From the human T2T-CHM13v2.0 reference genome, Homo sapiens, in NCBI RefSeq assembly GCF_009914755.1, contig NC_060929.1: 64,000 nucleotides of DNA. One strand, given 5' to 3'. The notes beneath the pieces are model-generated. The model saw nothing but the letters and a program-made list of their open reading frames with translations, did no database searches and was not told the origin of the DNA. Positions 13,790 to 26,233 of this stretch are shown in pieces. The position numbers and the translations under genes are program-made. Within the stretch, counting starts at the first letter, position 1, and each line of letters begins with the position of its first letter.

Positions 13790-16267
13790 GACTTCACTGA
13801 CTTATGAATACTTTCTCAAACATGGGATTTAACACCCTGTCAGAGACCCTAGGGGATGGGTAAAGTTAACTGCTTGGATGGTTCTCAGAAGCCTGGAAAA
13901 AGTAGTAGCCCTGCTGAGTGAAATTGAAATGCTTGAGTTGCTAAGGCAGATTTTAGAGGAAGCAAAAATGCTGAGGGAGATGAGCATGCAGGAGTGGGTA
14001 TATTATGAGGCCAGAAGACTCACCAGAGGATTACCTTACATGGAAAGACCCAGAGGACACTCTATTCATTCAGAACATTGGGTATGGCTCAGAAGGGCAG
14101 CCAATGAGAGGGACAGCCACAGAGGGTACTACTTACATTTACCATCCGAAGAAGGCAAGAATAAAGGAACTGAAGGCTGGGAAATGGCTGCCAAATAAAA
14201 GGTCATGATTCCTTGCTCAGCTGAGTTTTCTATGCTTAGCCAGTTGTCAAATTAGGAATTCAGTAAATCTAGGGATGGCAAGATCAAGAAGAAAAACCCT
14301 GCAATGCCATGGCAAGTATGTACTATAAAAATATCTCTAGGTCTTCCCCAAATGGACTTGGGGCCATTTACTTGGGTCACTATACACTGTACATAGGGGA
14401 AATGACAATGTCCACATATTTTTGAGGACTATTGGACACAGAGTCTGAGCTGACATTGACACCTTGAGACTTGAAGGATCACTGCAGCTTCCTTCTTAGT
14501 GTGGAGACACCAGGGAGGTGGATAAAATATGGAGTGCTGGCTAAAGCCTGCCTTATAACGGGCCTATTCCTTGTCACTGGTGAATAATTGGGATTGCCAT
14601 GGTTGCCAACAAACCTTCACATGGCGTTTTTGGCTTGTGGGTTAAGAGCTACTATGTGGGGAAAGGACAAATGTAAGACTTGAAGCTGTCTAAAATGCCA
14701 GACAAGACATTAAATATAAAACTATTCTGGTGTGTATGTATGAATACTACTGTCAAACTTAAAGATCTAAAAGATGCATGGGTGGAGTTTCCTATCATAT
14801 CCATCTGGTTAGCCACTCTGGCCCCTGTAGAAATTAGATGGTTGCTAAAGAATCCACTACTCAACTGTCACCCAAGGGACAGCCCCAACTGCAGCTGCCA
14901 TGCCAGACACGGTATCATTGGTGGAGCAAAGCAATTATGTCTCAGGGACATACTGTGTGATCTTTTATTTGGTAAATGTGTTCTTTTCCATTCTTAGTAG
15001 AACAGAAACAATGTGCACCCATGTGAACAACAATTAATTTAGTTTTGCCTTAGATACTAACTCTACTACTTTCTGTCATAACATAGTTCAAGGAGATTGG
15101 AACCACCTGGACCATCTGGATATCCCACAGAAGACCACACTGACCCATTATTACACTGATGATATCATGCTGATTGGGCAAGAGAAGCAAGAGGTAACTA
15201 GGGCTTGGTAATGCAGAGAATGGAAGATACATTTATGGAGACTTATGGCCTTGACACATGGGTAAAGTTTTTAGGGCACATACTCAGGAGTGTGTCAGGA
15301 TATCTCTTCCAAAATAAAAGATAAATTGCTGCACAATGCCTAATGGTCCTCTTTTGGTTCTAGAGGCAGTATATTCTACACCTAGAAACTGTGCCCTGGC
15401 CCGTATACACAAAAGGCTATCAGCTATGACACAGCACTCTTGCCCCTTGCACCATATGGTCCAGTCAACACTATGCTATTGGAAGTATGCTATGTTTAAA
15501 AAAGATTCATTATGGAATTTATGGCCAGCACCAGTGAAATAATTACAATGCAGGCTTCTGTTGTTCTGGAAAAAGACCAAGCCATATGCAGTACAGAATG
15601 ACATACTTTCTGAGAAACAGCCCCTGGAGTGCCACTGAGTCCTGGTAGAATACTTAATCATGGTTACCAAGTGACCATGCATCCCTAATTTCTTATTATA
15701 ATCTGGGTTTTGCCAGACCTGCCAAATCATAAGGCCAGAGAAGCCAGCTGTGGCCCGTTGCACAATAGAAGTAGTATATCCAGAATTAAGACTTTAGAGA
15801 TCAAAATGATATACCCAGGATCATGTAAGTAGGGATGTTTTAACAATGGAAACAGGCACAAATGTATGATATTCCAAGGAATATGGAATCCAAGGGATTC
15901 AAGTGGGTCCATTTTGTTGCTTTCTTCCCCAGTTGTAATTGTGAATACACAGATGCAGCAACCTTGTCCTAATGAGAGTCTGATTACCAGAGTCTCAGAC
16001 CTTTCAGAAATGAGGGTTTGGGTAGTATTATCAGATAAGCATTAAAACTCACAGCGATGATAGCAGAGGTTAAGGAGAATTGAGGATGGATAGTGAAGTA
16101 GGGACACAGTGAGCACCAGTTGCAGCCCATGGTCAACTGTAGTGGCAGGGGAAACAGTTTGTCTTACTAACTTTCCTTTTCTATGTTTTCCTCAGGAAGG
16201 AAGGCCCACAGAAGTTGCTGTGTGAACATGTGTGGAGATGTGAATCCATATAGCTCAAAGGGTGGAC
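13790..16267 (+). mobile_element. Decayed ERV-L (class III) internal region with gag, protease, RT and RNase H remnants
   Basis: Gag-like SEIEMLEL...LREMSMQEWVYY; protease GLLDTESELTLTP (14426-14464); RT HYYTDDIMLIG (15146-15178); EKQPLECH*VLVE; polypurine tract aagggtggac before the LTR. Confidence 0.85.
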
Positions 16268-16714
16268 TGTGACACCTATGAGGTATGTTGCACAGATATT
16301 TTTAAGAGAGAAGCTACTGTAAGGAGTGTTGTTAGCTGACAGCCTCCAGCTGCTTTGGGATCTACTGCTGCATTCAGCCCAAGGTCATTCTTCACTTAGG
16401 TTGTTCTCAATCAATAAGTAAGCATGGCAGGGGTACTAGAGCCAAGCTTTATCTTTCCCATGTCTTGCAGTCTTTGCTCTGGGGCTCCACATCAGCCTGG
16501 CTGACTCTTCCTTAGAACTGCATTGCAGCCTGGCATTTTCCCCTCTCCATCCTCCTTCTTTCCTCCTATTTTTTTGTGGGTATCAGACCTGCATGGTGGT
16601 CTGAGACTCCTCCTGTATACTTCTGTTTTCTCTGCCCTTTTATTTTTGCCACTGAATGCTTTGTACCTCTCATTTCATCTTGGTACCTGCTTCATGGAGG
16701 ACCCAAACTGATGA
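16268..16714 (+). mobile_element. 3' LTR of the ERV-L element (LTR16/LTR33/LTR40-like; family uncertain)
   Basis: Begins TGT directly after the polypurine tract; ends ctgcttcatggaggacccaaactga. Confidence 0.7.
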
Positions 16715-17436
16715 AATATACTTGTTTTATATTGAATGTAATTACTGATATATATTTTTTATCCTGATATTTGCCTTCTAGTTATCTTAACTATGCTTAA
16801 TCTCTTTTTCCTCCTTTGACTTGTTTTAAATTTTATTTCTTACACTTAAAGTATTAAGTTAACTTATAACTAGATATGTTTTTACTATTGTTTAGGTGTT
16901 ATTGATCCAGAGATTACAGTCTGCAATCCTGATTTATAAAAGTCTAATATAAATTAATACATGGACATGTTTTAGACAATGTGAAGACCTTAGAACACTT
17001 TAACTCCATTTATCCTTTTCTCAAATTATGTGGTGTCATTTTCACATATTGAATTCTGTCTTTATTTTTCTTCATATTTTATTTTAATCCCCACAAAGAT
17101 ATATCCCCACACATATTGTTTATTCAGTCTGTGTTCACTTACCCACAAATTAGCCTTGCCACTTGAATCATTTTCCTTCTATCTACATAATGACATTTGT
17201 TATTTTAGTGCAGCTTTGTTCATGAAAAATTCTCTCAGTTTGCGCTTTTCTTTAAAAATTTATTTTTATCAGTTTTGTTTTTGGAAGGTATTTTTGCTGT
17301 TTATAGAAATCGATATAGCAGATGTTTTCTTTATGTTCTTTCAAAATATAATTTTATTGTCTTTGGCTTCTACTAGTTCTGTCTAGAAATCAGCTGTGAG
17401 GTTAATTTGTTAATTAAAAGGTTAATTCCTTTGAAG

Positions 17437-17437
<1 letters not shown>

Positions 17438-17475
<38 letters not shown>

Positions 17476-17520
17476 TTACAGCTTTCAAGTTTTTGTTTTT
17501 GTTTTTTATTTTGTTTTTGT
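17438..17520. repeat. Poly-T tract (~35 nt) followed by (TTTTG)-like repeats
   Basis: Seen directly. Confidence 0.9.
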
Positions 17521-19674
17521 TTTTTATTTTGTTTTTTTTCTGTCTGGTTTTTAACTGCTTGACCATGATGAACCTACATGTGGTTTAATTCTAGTTCAGC
17601 ATTATTCCTAGGGTGTAGCTCTATAAAATTTCAATCAAAACCATGTGGTATTTCTTAGGGATCTTCTTTGTGTGTGATCATTGAACTCAAATTTTTGTAG
17701 CCTCATGAATTGCTGTAAAGCTCCGCTCAGCTTCTCGGCCCTCAGCTGCCATTTTCAGAGTTGGCAATTCCCTTAAGGGGAAGAGCTTAGCTCTCTGGGC
17801 CTCTTTCCTCTGCTTAGACGGTGGCACCCCAGATCTTCACTTTCTTGGGACTTTTCTTATGCTTTTACATAAACTAAAAAAAAATTCCATACTTCTGAGT
17901 TGTTCTCAGTTGGAAGGATAATCTGAAAAACCTGTTGCCAGAAGCAGATTCCTATGTGAAGCACTCAGAGCAGTGTGCAGCTCCATGGAAACATCACTCT
18001 TACCACAATACAACTCAGCGGTGTGGATTTACTTTAATTTGTTCTGTTGTGCACCAATAATTTTCCTCCTGATGACTTCTGTTTTTCTTTAATTCAGCAA
18101 AATTTTCAACCATGTTCTCTGTTCTTTCATTTGGGAACAATTATGAGGTATATGTTGGAGTTTCTTAATCTATTCTCCTTATTTCGTATCTCTAAGTTTT
18201 TTTTTTTCTTTATCCTCTATATTTTGTTTTGGGTACATTCCTAACTACTATCCTCCAGTTCACCAATTCTCTCATCAGTTGGATTTTTATCCTAACCTTT
18301 CTTGTTTCAGTGATTGTATTTTTCATTTCTATGATTTTAGTTTTCCTCTAGCTCTACTTATTCTTGATTCATATCTTCCTGTCTTTGCTCCATAATTATT
18401 GATTTTACTTTTGGAAATGAGAGTAAGACTCAGGGGGGTGAAGGGAAGTCCACAAAGGAATCTCCAGCATTTGGCAGCATTTTTTTTTTCTCTTAAGGTG
18501 TTTGCTAATGCCAGTGTCTAGAAATTGAGAAGCTAAGTAGAGTTTCAGTGATTTAATGGTGCTCAGGCAAAAATTGCCATTTCCCCCTATATTTTCCTCA
18601 GTGATTTGTTGTATTAAATAAGTCAGTCAACTTTAGTGACAAAAGTACTCAATATATTTTAGCTGCCATTATTTTGTGTCAATATTGTTATCATTTTTAT
18701 TATATTTCTTTTCCTCCTCCTCATAACTAGAGGATTTTAAAGTCCCTCTTAGAAGAATGCTTTAATATTTGCTATTATTCTAGAGTAATTTCTCCTGTCT
18801 TTTGATCTTTATGATGCTCATTGTTCTCATGCGCTTGGAAATTTTCATTTCCAGGTTCATCTTGTGTAGAATTTATGTGTATGTTTATGTACACATGTAT
18901 GTGTTTTTCCCTCCTTTTTCCCTGCACATATCTCTATGTTTGTATGTTACAACTGCCTTTGCCCAGTGTGCTGAAATCCTCAGCTTGGAATCAGACCTTA
19001 TTTTGGTGGCATGGGTGTGTGATCCTGAAGCATTATGAGAGTCATTTCCTAAGTCAGCAGGTTTGCTTGACCCAAGTTTGGAATCTTAACTGTTGATACT
19101 CTCTCTAGCATGGATGGACCTTTTTATAAAGACTTTGGCCATGGCAAGGAGCCCCGGTCACCACTGGATTCATGTTACAAAACTCACCCTGATGTCTAAA
19201 ATGTGTTTGGGGTTTATGGTTTCTAATCAACCACCTAGAAATTGATCACCTACATATTTGTTCTGGATTGATCTGGAAGCTCACGTGGTCTGGGGTCCTA
19301 ACCCAACTTAATTATTTCTGATTTATGAATGTCTAGTTAATATCATCTTAAGCACAAATACAACTTCCAAAATATATGCACATATTTTGTCATTGCTATG
19401 GGTAGATAATAAAGTTGTTTATTTAATGGGTAATCTTATAATACTACTTTGACTAGAATCAAATATTGCTATTATTATCAGTGGAAACAGTAGTAACAGT
19501 AGAAGTAATAGTGGTAATTATTGCAGTATTGGTTCACACTAAGCTTGTCATCACCTAAAAGTCTCAGATTTTTTAATATGAATTATTGTAAAGTCAGTGT
19601 TTGATTTCTTATATGCGCACAATTTTGGTGTACACTCATATATTTTTGTAAGCAGAAGGGGGCAAGCTACCAAA

Positions 19675-19885
19675 TTCAGTTGGGAAGCCATCCAGCTAAA
19701 ATATTTCTTGACAGTTTTGTAATTTCTGAATTACAAATTAAGAATAAGTTAAGAATTAAGCATATAATCCAGGCATTTAGTCAAAGGCAAGTACATGGAT
19801 CCCTGCTAAATTTGGTTCTATATTAATATATTTAGAAATTACAAACTGTTAAGAAATATTTTAGCTGGATGGCTTCCCAACTGAA
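19675..19885. repeat. Long inverted repeat / foldback: 57/56-bp arms, 98-bp spacer
   Basis: 19675-19731 versus the reverse complement of 19830-19885: outer 35 bp identical, overall 2 mismatches and 1 indel. Confidence 0.95.
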
Positions 19886-20299
19886 ACATAAACAATTAAA
19901 CATTTTCTTTAAGCAAAAGTAATTTCATGGAATAGATGTAAAATAGTTTCTTCTGTGTCAATTTTTTTCCCCAAAGGTTTCTTGTTAAATACCCATATGA
20001 TAAAATTGCTGGCAGCTTCTTCTTTGTGTTCATCCTTTTCTTCCTCTTTCTATTGTTTCTTCCCTCTGTGATGAGGTTGAGGATTCCTAGCATCATATCT
20101 TTAGGGAAAAATAAATGTATCAGGCAAGATAATCCCATTAATTAATTTGGATTTTAGTTGTAAAGTATTGTATTAATCATAATCCCTGCATTGCAATACA
20201 TTTTGATCATTAGTTCAGCTAGGTGTGGCCCTCTTTTAGTTCTTCGTTTATGGAATAAAATTTGGACTTCTATTTTAAATATAAATATTCATGTAATTA

Positions 20300-20741
<442 letters not shown>

Positions 20742-21150
20742 CTAATTAGCAGGTAAACTGTATATAATAATCTGTTTTAGTTTCACCAAGAAAGTGGTTG
20801 AAAATATTTTAAAAATTGAATTTGGATGCCTCCTGGTGGTATATACACTGCAGGTTCATCAAAGGATGCCCCCACCCCATTCTCTATCATCATACAACTT
20901 GATCTTTATCCATCTTAGGTTTCCTATCTCTGAAAACATTTTCATTTGCTACCTATGTTGAAAGCCACAGAATTAGTTAGTTGACCACGCTTGGAAACTG
21001 GACTTCTAAACGCAAATTCTTCGTGTGTGTTGTCTTTAAAATACGTACAGATGTAATACTACTGAACACAATTCCTAAAGAAAAGTTAATTTAGTATGCT
21101 AGAGAGTACTGGACTAAGAGTCAGGAGACCTATATTCTAGTCCTTGTTTT

Positions 21151-21452
21151 TTTTTTTTTGTTTTTTTTTTGTGACATATTCTTGGTGCGAAGCCCAGGCT
21201 GAAGTGCAATGGCATAAACTCGGCTCACTGTAACCTCCACTTCCTGGGTACAAGTGATTCTCCTGCCTCAGCCTCCTGAGTAGCTGGGACTACAGGTGCA
21301 TGCCACTAAGCCTGGCTAATTTTTGTATTTTTAGTAGAGACGGGATTTCACCATATTGGCCAGTCTGGTCTCGAACTTCCAACCTCAAGTGATCCACCTG
21401 CCTTGGCCTTCTGAAGTGCTGGGATTATAGGCATGTGCCACCACGCCCGGCC
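21151..21452 (-). mobile_element. AluS inserted into a MIR (~21095-21515)
   Basis: 15-bp TSD tctagtccttgtttt at 21136 and 21453. MIR sequence (gactaagagtcaggagacc...ctctgaacttcagt) resumes on both sides. Confidence 0.95.
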
Positions 21453-21559
21453 TCTAGTCCTTGTTTTGCTACTAGCTAGTTAGTAATCTTAGGAAAACCT
21501 CTGAACTTCAGTGGGACTTTCCTTTTGCTTCCTATTCTATTTTACTACCAATCTACTAC

Positions 21560-21970
21560 ATCTTGCTGAACCAGCAACCTGAGAGTTACCTTTGATGGCT
21601 TTCTTTTTCCAGTCAATTACATTCAATCCATCAGAAAGTCGTGTTGGTTCTACCTCCAAAATATATTTTGAATCCTCTACAACAATCCCAGTCCAAAGTA
21701 CCATCATCTCTCACCTAGATAAGAGTTACAGCTCCTTACATGGTTTTCTTGATTCTGCTTTTTAAAATGTAAACTGGGTTATTTTACTTTCTTACTTAAA
21801 ACCATGACTTAGAATTAAAAAAAATATATATATTTTTTACCATGACCTAGAAGGCTCTACATGATCAACTCTTGCCTATTTCTTTAGTCTTGTATCTCAC
21901 TTGCTTATATGGTCTAGCTACATTAGCCTTATTTCCTTCTTCTTTTTTTTTTAATAGTCTGGAACATAAT
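21560..21970 (+). mobile_element. L2 fragment
   Basis: attcaatccatcagaaagtcgtgttggttctacctccaaaatata...ccatcatctctcacctagat. Confidence 0.75.
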
Positions 21971-22029
21971 AATCATAGGTATTTTAATGTCCTATTTCTT
22001 TTTTTTTTTTTTGATTTTGGAAAGAATTT

Positions 22030-22318
22030 TTTTTTTTTTTGAGACAGAGTCACGTGCCATCGCCAGGCTGGAGTGCAGTGGCACGGTCTCAGCTCACTGC
22101 AACCTCTTCCTCCCGGTTCAAGCAATTCTCCTGCCTCAGCCTCAAGAGTAACTGGGACTACAGGCATGTGCCACCACGGCCGGCTAATTTTCATATTTTT
22201 AGTAGAGACGGGATTTTGCCATGTTGGCCAGGATGGTCTTGATCTCTTGATGTCACGATCTGCCTGCCTTGGTCTCCCAAAGTGCTAGGATTGCAGGCAT
22301 GAGCCACCATGCCTGGCC
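22030..22318 (-). mobile_element. AluSc-like with a 17-bp TSD
   Basis: gattttggaaagaattt at 22013-22029 and 22319-22335. Confidence 0.96.
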
Positions 22319-22374
22319 GATTTTGGAAAGAATTTAATATATTCTTTATTGTTAAGTGTACTCGATGCTGCACT

Positions 22375-22411
22375 TCTGCAGTCAAATGCTCTACCCTTGA
22401 GCTATACCCAC
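22375..22411 (-). pseudogene. tRNA-Cys(GCA) 5'-half retrocopy (tailless)
   Basis: Reverse complement GTGGGTATAGCTCAAGGGTAGAGCATTTGACTGCAGA matches tRNA-Cys from the 5' end to the anticodon loop; no T-arm. 16-bp TSD with 14/16 identity at 22363-22378 and 22414-22429. Confidence 0.92.
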
Positions 22412-22824
22412 AGCAATGCTGGACTTCTGAAACAACAATTATGCTTCAGCATAATAGCATATTCTACATAAATTCTGTTCATGATGCTTGTTCCTCTGAT
22501 TTGCCTGGAATCGATGAATCATGTTCCAAGCACTCTTCTAGGCACTAAGGATACACGGCAGTGAATAAAGTTGAATGCCTGGTAGGGAAGTCAATAAACA
22601 ATCCAGTAAATACAGTATATGTCGGGCAAGTACAAGGGAGAATACAGCAAGCAATGGGTCTAAGGAAGCTTTCTTTCTCTCCTCTGTACTTCCATACTGC
22701 CTTGTGTGGTGGCTCCAAGCTTTGGGCACCATGTCTTTTCTGTGCTGGCACAGCACCTAGCACTGAGTGGTTGCTTAGGAAATGTTTGTAAAATGAAGGA
22801 ATTCACTTCTTTGTTCCCCATTCA

Positions 22825-23030
<206 letters not shown>

Positions 23031-24190
23031 CCCAGAGGAGATCACACAGGTGAGAGTGCTTTATAAAATTTAAAAATGAAAATTGTTCTAGAGAAATAAT
23101 AATGCAACAGAGGCCAGAACCCCAGGACCTCAGCTTCCATGAGGCTGTGGGGCCAAGGGAGAATCCAGGACCTAAGGCTATGGGCCAGGCACTGGAACCC
23201 TAGGCAGGCCCCCGCTTTCCACCACCAGGGACCACATTCGGCCTCGGTCCCCCGGAGGTGCCCAGGGGCACTCACCTAAGCTCGTAGAGGCAGACAGCAG
23301 ACCGTGACAGCCCGCTACCTCTGGAGGTATACAGGCACCATGTGCCCACCAACCACGTTGCCCTGACAATTCCCTGTTTCTTAACTAATATTTGAGTTAC
23401 ATGACAAGATGGTCTGCATTTATTGTCCAATTTGTTTCTTTTAGTTATTGGTTACACAACTCTTATATGCTCCTGTCTCTTTACATGCCTAGTAATTTTA
23501 AATATCAAGTATTATACATTTAAAAAAAGTAGAAGTTCCAGTTGATGTTATTACCCACCAGGGAATTTCAACTCTTCCTTTCACTGGGCAGATAGGGTGT
23601 GGAGTCTATCACCTGGACTGTGATGGGTTGAGGCTGGGTTGCAGTATATTTCTAGTTCGCCCTTGTTCTTAGGGCTTGGTCCTCCAGGGTTTTTCATCAA
23701 AGAGTCTTTGGGATTTCTTCTCAGTGGTGAAACATGGTAAGAATTTCCACTCTGATTTTGAGACCTTTTTTTAAAAGCAACTTTATTGAGAAATAATTTA
23801 CAAACGATTACATTCACCTATTTTGAGTGTACAATGGTTTTTAGTGTATTTACAGAGTTGTGCTGCAGCCATCACCAGTCTAATTTTAGATCTTCGGAGA
23901 GGTTTTGACTTCACTCTTTAGCCTACCCCATGTACCTTCAGCATTGGCAGATGTCTTAAGAAAATGACTTACTTTATAATGATGCCCCAGAAGTCTTCAT
24001 TTTTGTCACTCCTGCCCTGTAAAACTGCCAGCTCTGCTGGCTTTTCTGTCCCCAGCAATAGCTCTTTGGTGGGGACCCAGCTTGGATTCTCAGCCTCTAG
24101 ATTTGCTGACACTCCCATATTGGCAAATGCCCTTGTGAAAAAGTGAATGGAAACCACCAGAGTTATTTCATCACTCTCTCAGGGCTCTAA

Positions 24191-24521
<331 letters not shown>

Positions 24522-24666
24522 GAAGGCCTCCAACTCTTGTGATTTTCCTCCCAGACTTTTTGCTGTTAAGCACTAGGAAAGTACAGGAAAGCCCTGTCTG
24601 CTTTTCTGAGGCTTCAGCTTAATGTTTTAGCCTCCCACTCTTCACAACCAAAGATCCCACTGGTTC

Positions 24667-24781
24667 TGTTACCACTGGGGACTCCGTGCAGGGTCCACAG
24701 TCCTCAATTCTTCTCTTCTTGGGAGAAAGAATTTGGCCAAGAGACAGAAGTAGATTTAAGGCAGAAACGAGAGTTTAATGA

Positions 24782-24816
<35 letters not shown>

Positions 24817-25354
24817 CACTTGTAAGGAACCAAGAGTGCAGCTCAAAAGATTGAGTGCCCTGCCTGATTGTTAGCTCGGGGCTCTTACAGATTTACTATT
24901 TACTGGCTTTTTTCCCCAGACTCTTCTAGTCATCCCTCCCCCAGGCAGGCTGTTGGCCACTGGCGGCAAGCACAGTGTTGCCTCAGTATCTGGGAGGGTC
25001 TGCATGCACCCTTTGGTAGTTGAAGTTATGGGCTTGCTCCCCTAGGGCAATTTTCCCATACCAGTGTGGCGCCCCCAGAGGAAGGTCATATATGAGTCAA
25101 ACTCCGCCAGTTTGCTCCTTACAGACATGTGCATGCCTGGACATGTCCCAGAGGAAGGTCAACGTCTGCCATTTTAAGTTCATATCGGGAAGTTGTTGCT
25201 CACAAGTTCAAGGTGTCTCTTGTTTGTTAGGAAATTTTCCCCTCCCTGTCGTCTGCTACCTGACCATTGCTTGGTAGTCACCCTTCAGCCCCCGGGACAT
25301 TCTTTGGGGCCCTATCCTGACCGGCTCATATCTGCCTATCTACCTACTCTAACA
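24667..25354 (-). mobile_element. ERV1 (MER4-group, MER50-like) solo LTR with an internal ~29-nt poly-A
   Basis: TG...CA ends (tgttacc...ctacctactctaaca); cctcaattctt...agaaagaattt...aaagtacactt motifs. Confidence 0.75.
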
Positions 25355-25629
25355 GCTGGTCTGTCCCCCAGCAGTGGAACGCTACCTGTGTTCTTGATTT
25401 GTATCCTTTAGCCTATGTCCAAGACAACCTATGCCCCAGGAAGACAGTGGCAGAACTTTAGCTCACCTTTCGAAGGTTCCTTCTCTGAAATGTATTCCCT
25501 TTAGTCCTTGTGGCTTCTACAGTCCTCTTGTGCCTTAAAAACGTGATTTTTAAATTTTTCTGACTTTGTTGTTAGTGGCACATTGGCCTTCAACCTATGG
25601 ACAGCAGAAGTTAAATTAGCCTTATTTCT

Positions 25630-26040
25630 TGGAAAAGCCCCAGACTCTTTTTTACTTTGGGGTCTCCACATGTGCTGTTCATGCTATGTGGCACCCTCTC
25701 CATAAAACTTCTGGTGTTTGGCTTCCTCCACTTCTTCGTTCTCAGCTTGGATGCCTTCTTCTCAGCAACATGTTTTCTGACCACTATTTAAAGGTTTTCA
25801 GTCATCATTCCTTCCCAATATTTTCTATCACAGCATTCTGGTCTTTTTTTTTTTTTTTTTCTTCTTAGCACTCATCACAGTTTGAAATACCTGATTAATA
25901 ATTAATAATTTATTTTTTATCTTCTCCGTGACAGTTTATGCTCTATGAGATTAAGAATGATATGTGTCCCTAATAATGCTTTTAGTAACCTCTCGATTAA
26001 ACAAAGAAAGAAATGCTGAAATGAATTAGTGAATAAATAA
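25630..26040 (+). mobile_element. L2 3' fragment
   Basis: ttctgaccactatttaaa...cttagcactcatcacagtttga...gctctatgag...tgaattagtgaataaa. Confidence 0.6.
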
Positions 26041-26104
26041 TTCAAAAAACAAAATTGGGCTTCATTCTCTTAGGAAAATTATTTACTTATATAGTTTTTA
26101 TTTG

Positions 26105-26233
26105 TCTGTCTTTTTAGAGATAGTGTCTTGCTATGATGTCCAGGCTGGCCTGGAACTCCTGGGCTCAAGTGATCCTCCCACCTCAGCTTCTGCAGGTGCT
26201 TGGGACTACATGCATATGCCACTGCACCCAGCC
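26105..26233 (-). mobile_element. FLAM/AluJ monomer
   Basis: agagatagtgtcttgctatg...aactcctgggctcaagtgatcctcc...actgcacccagcc. Confidence 0.88.
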
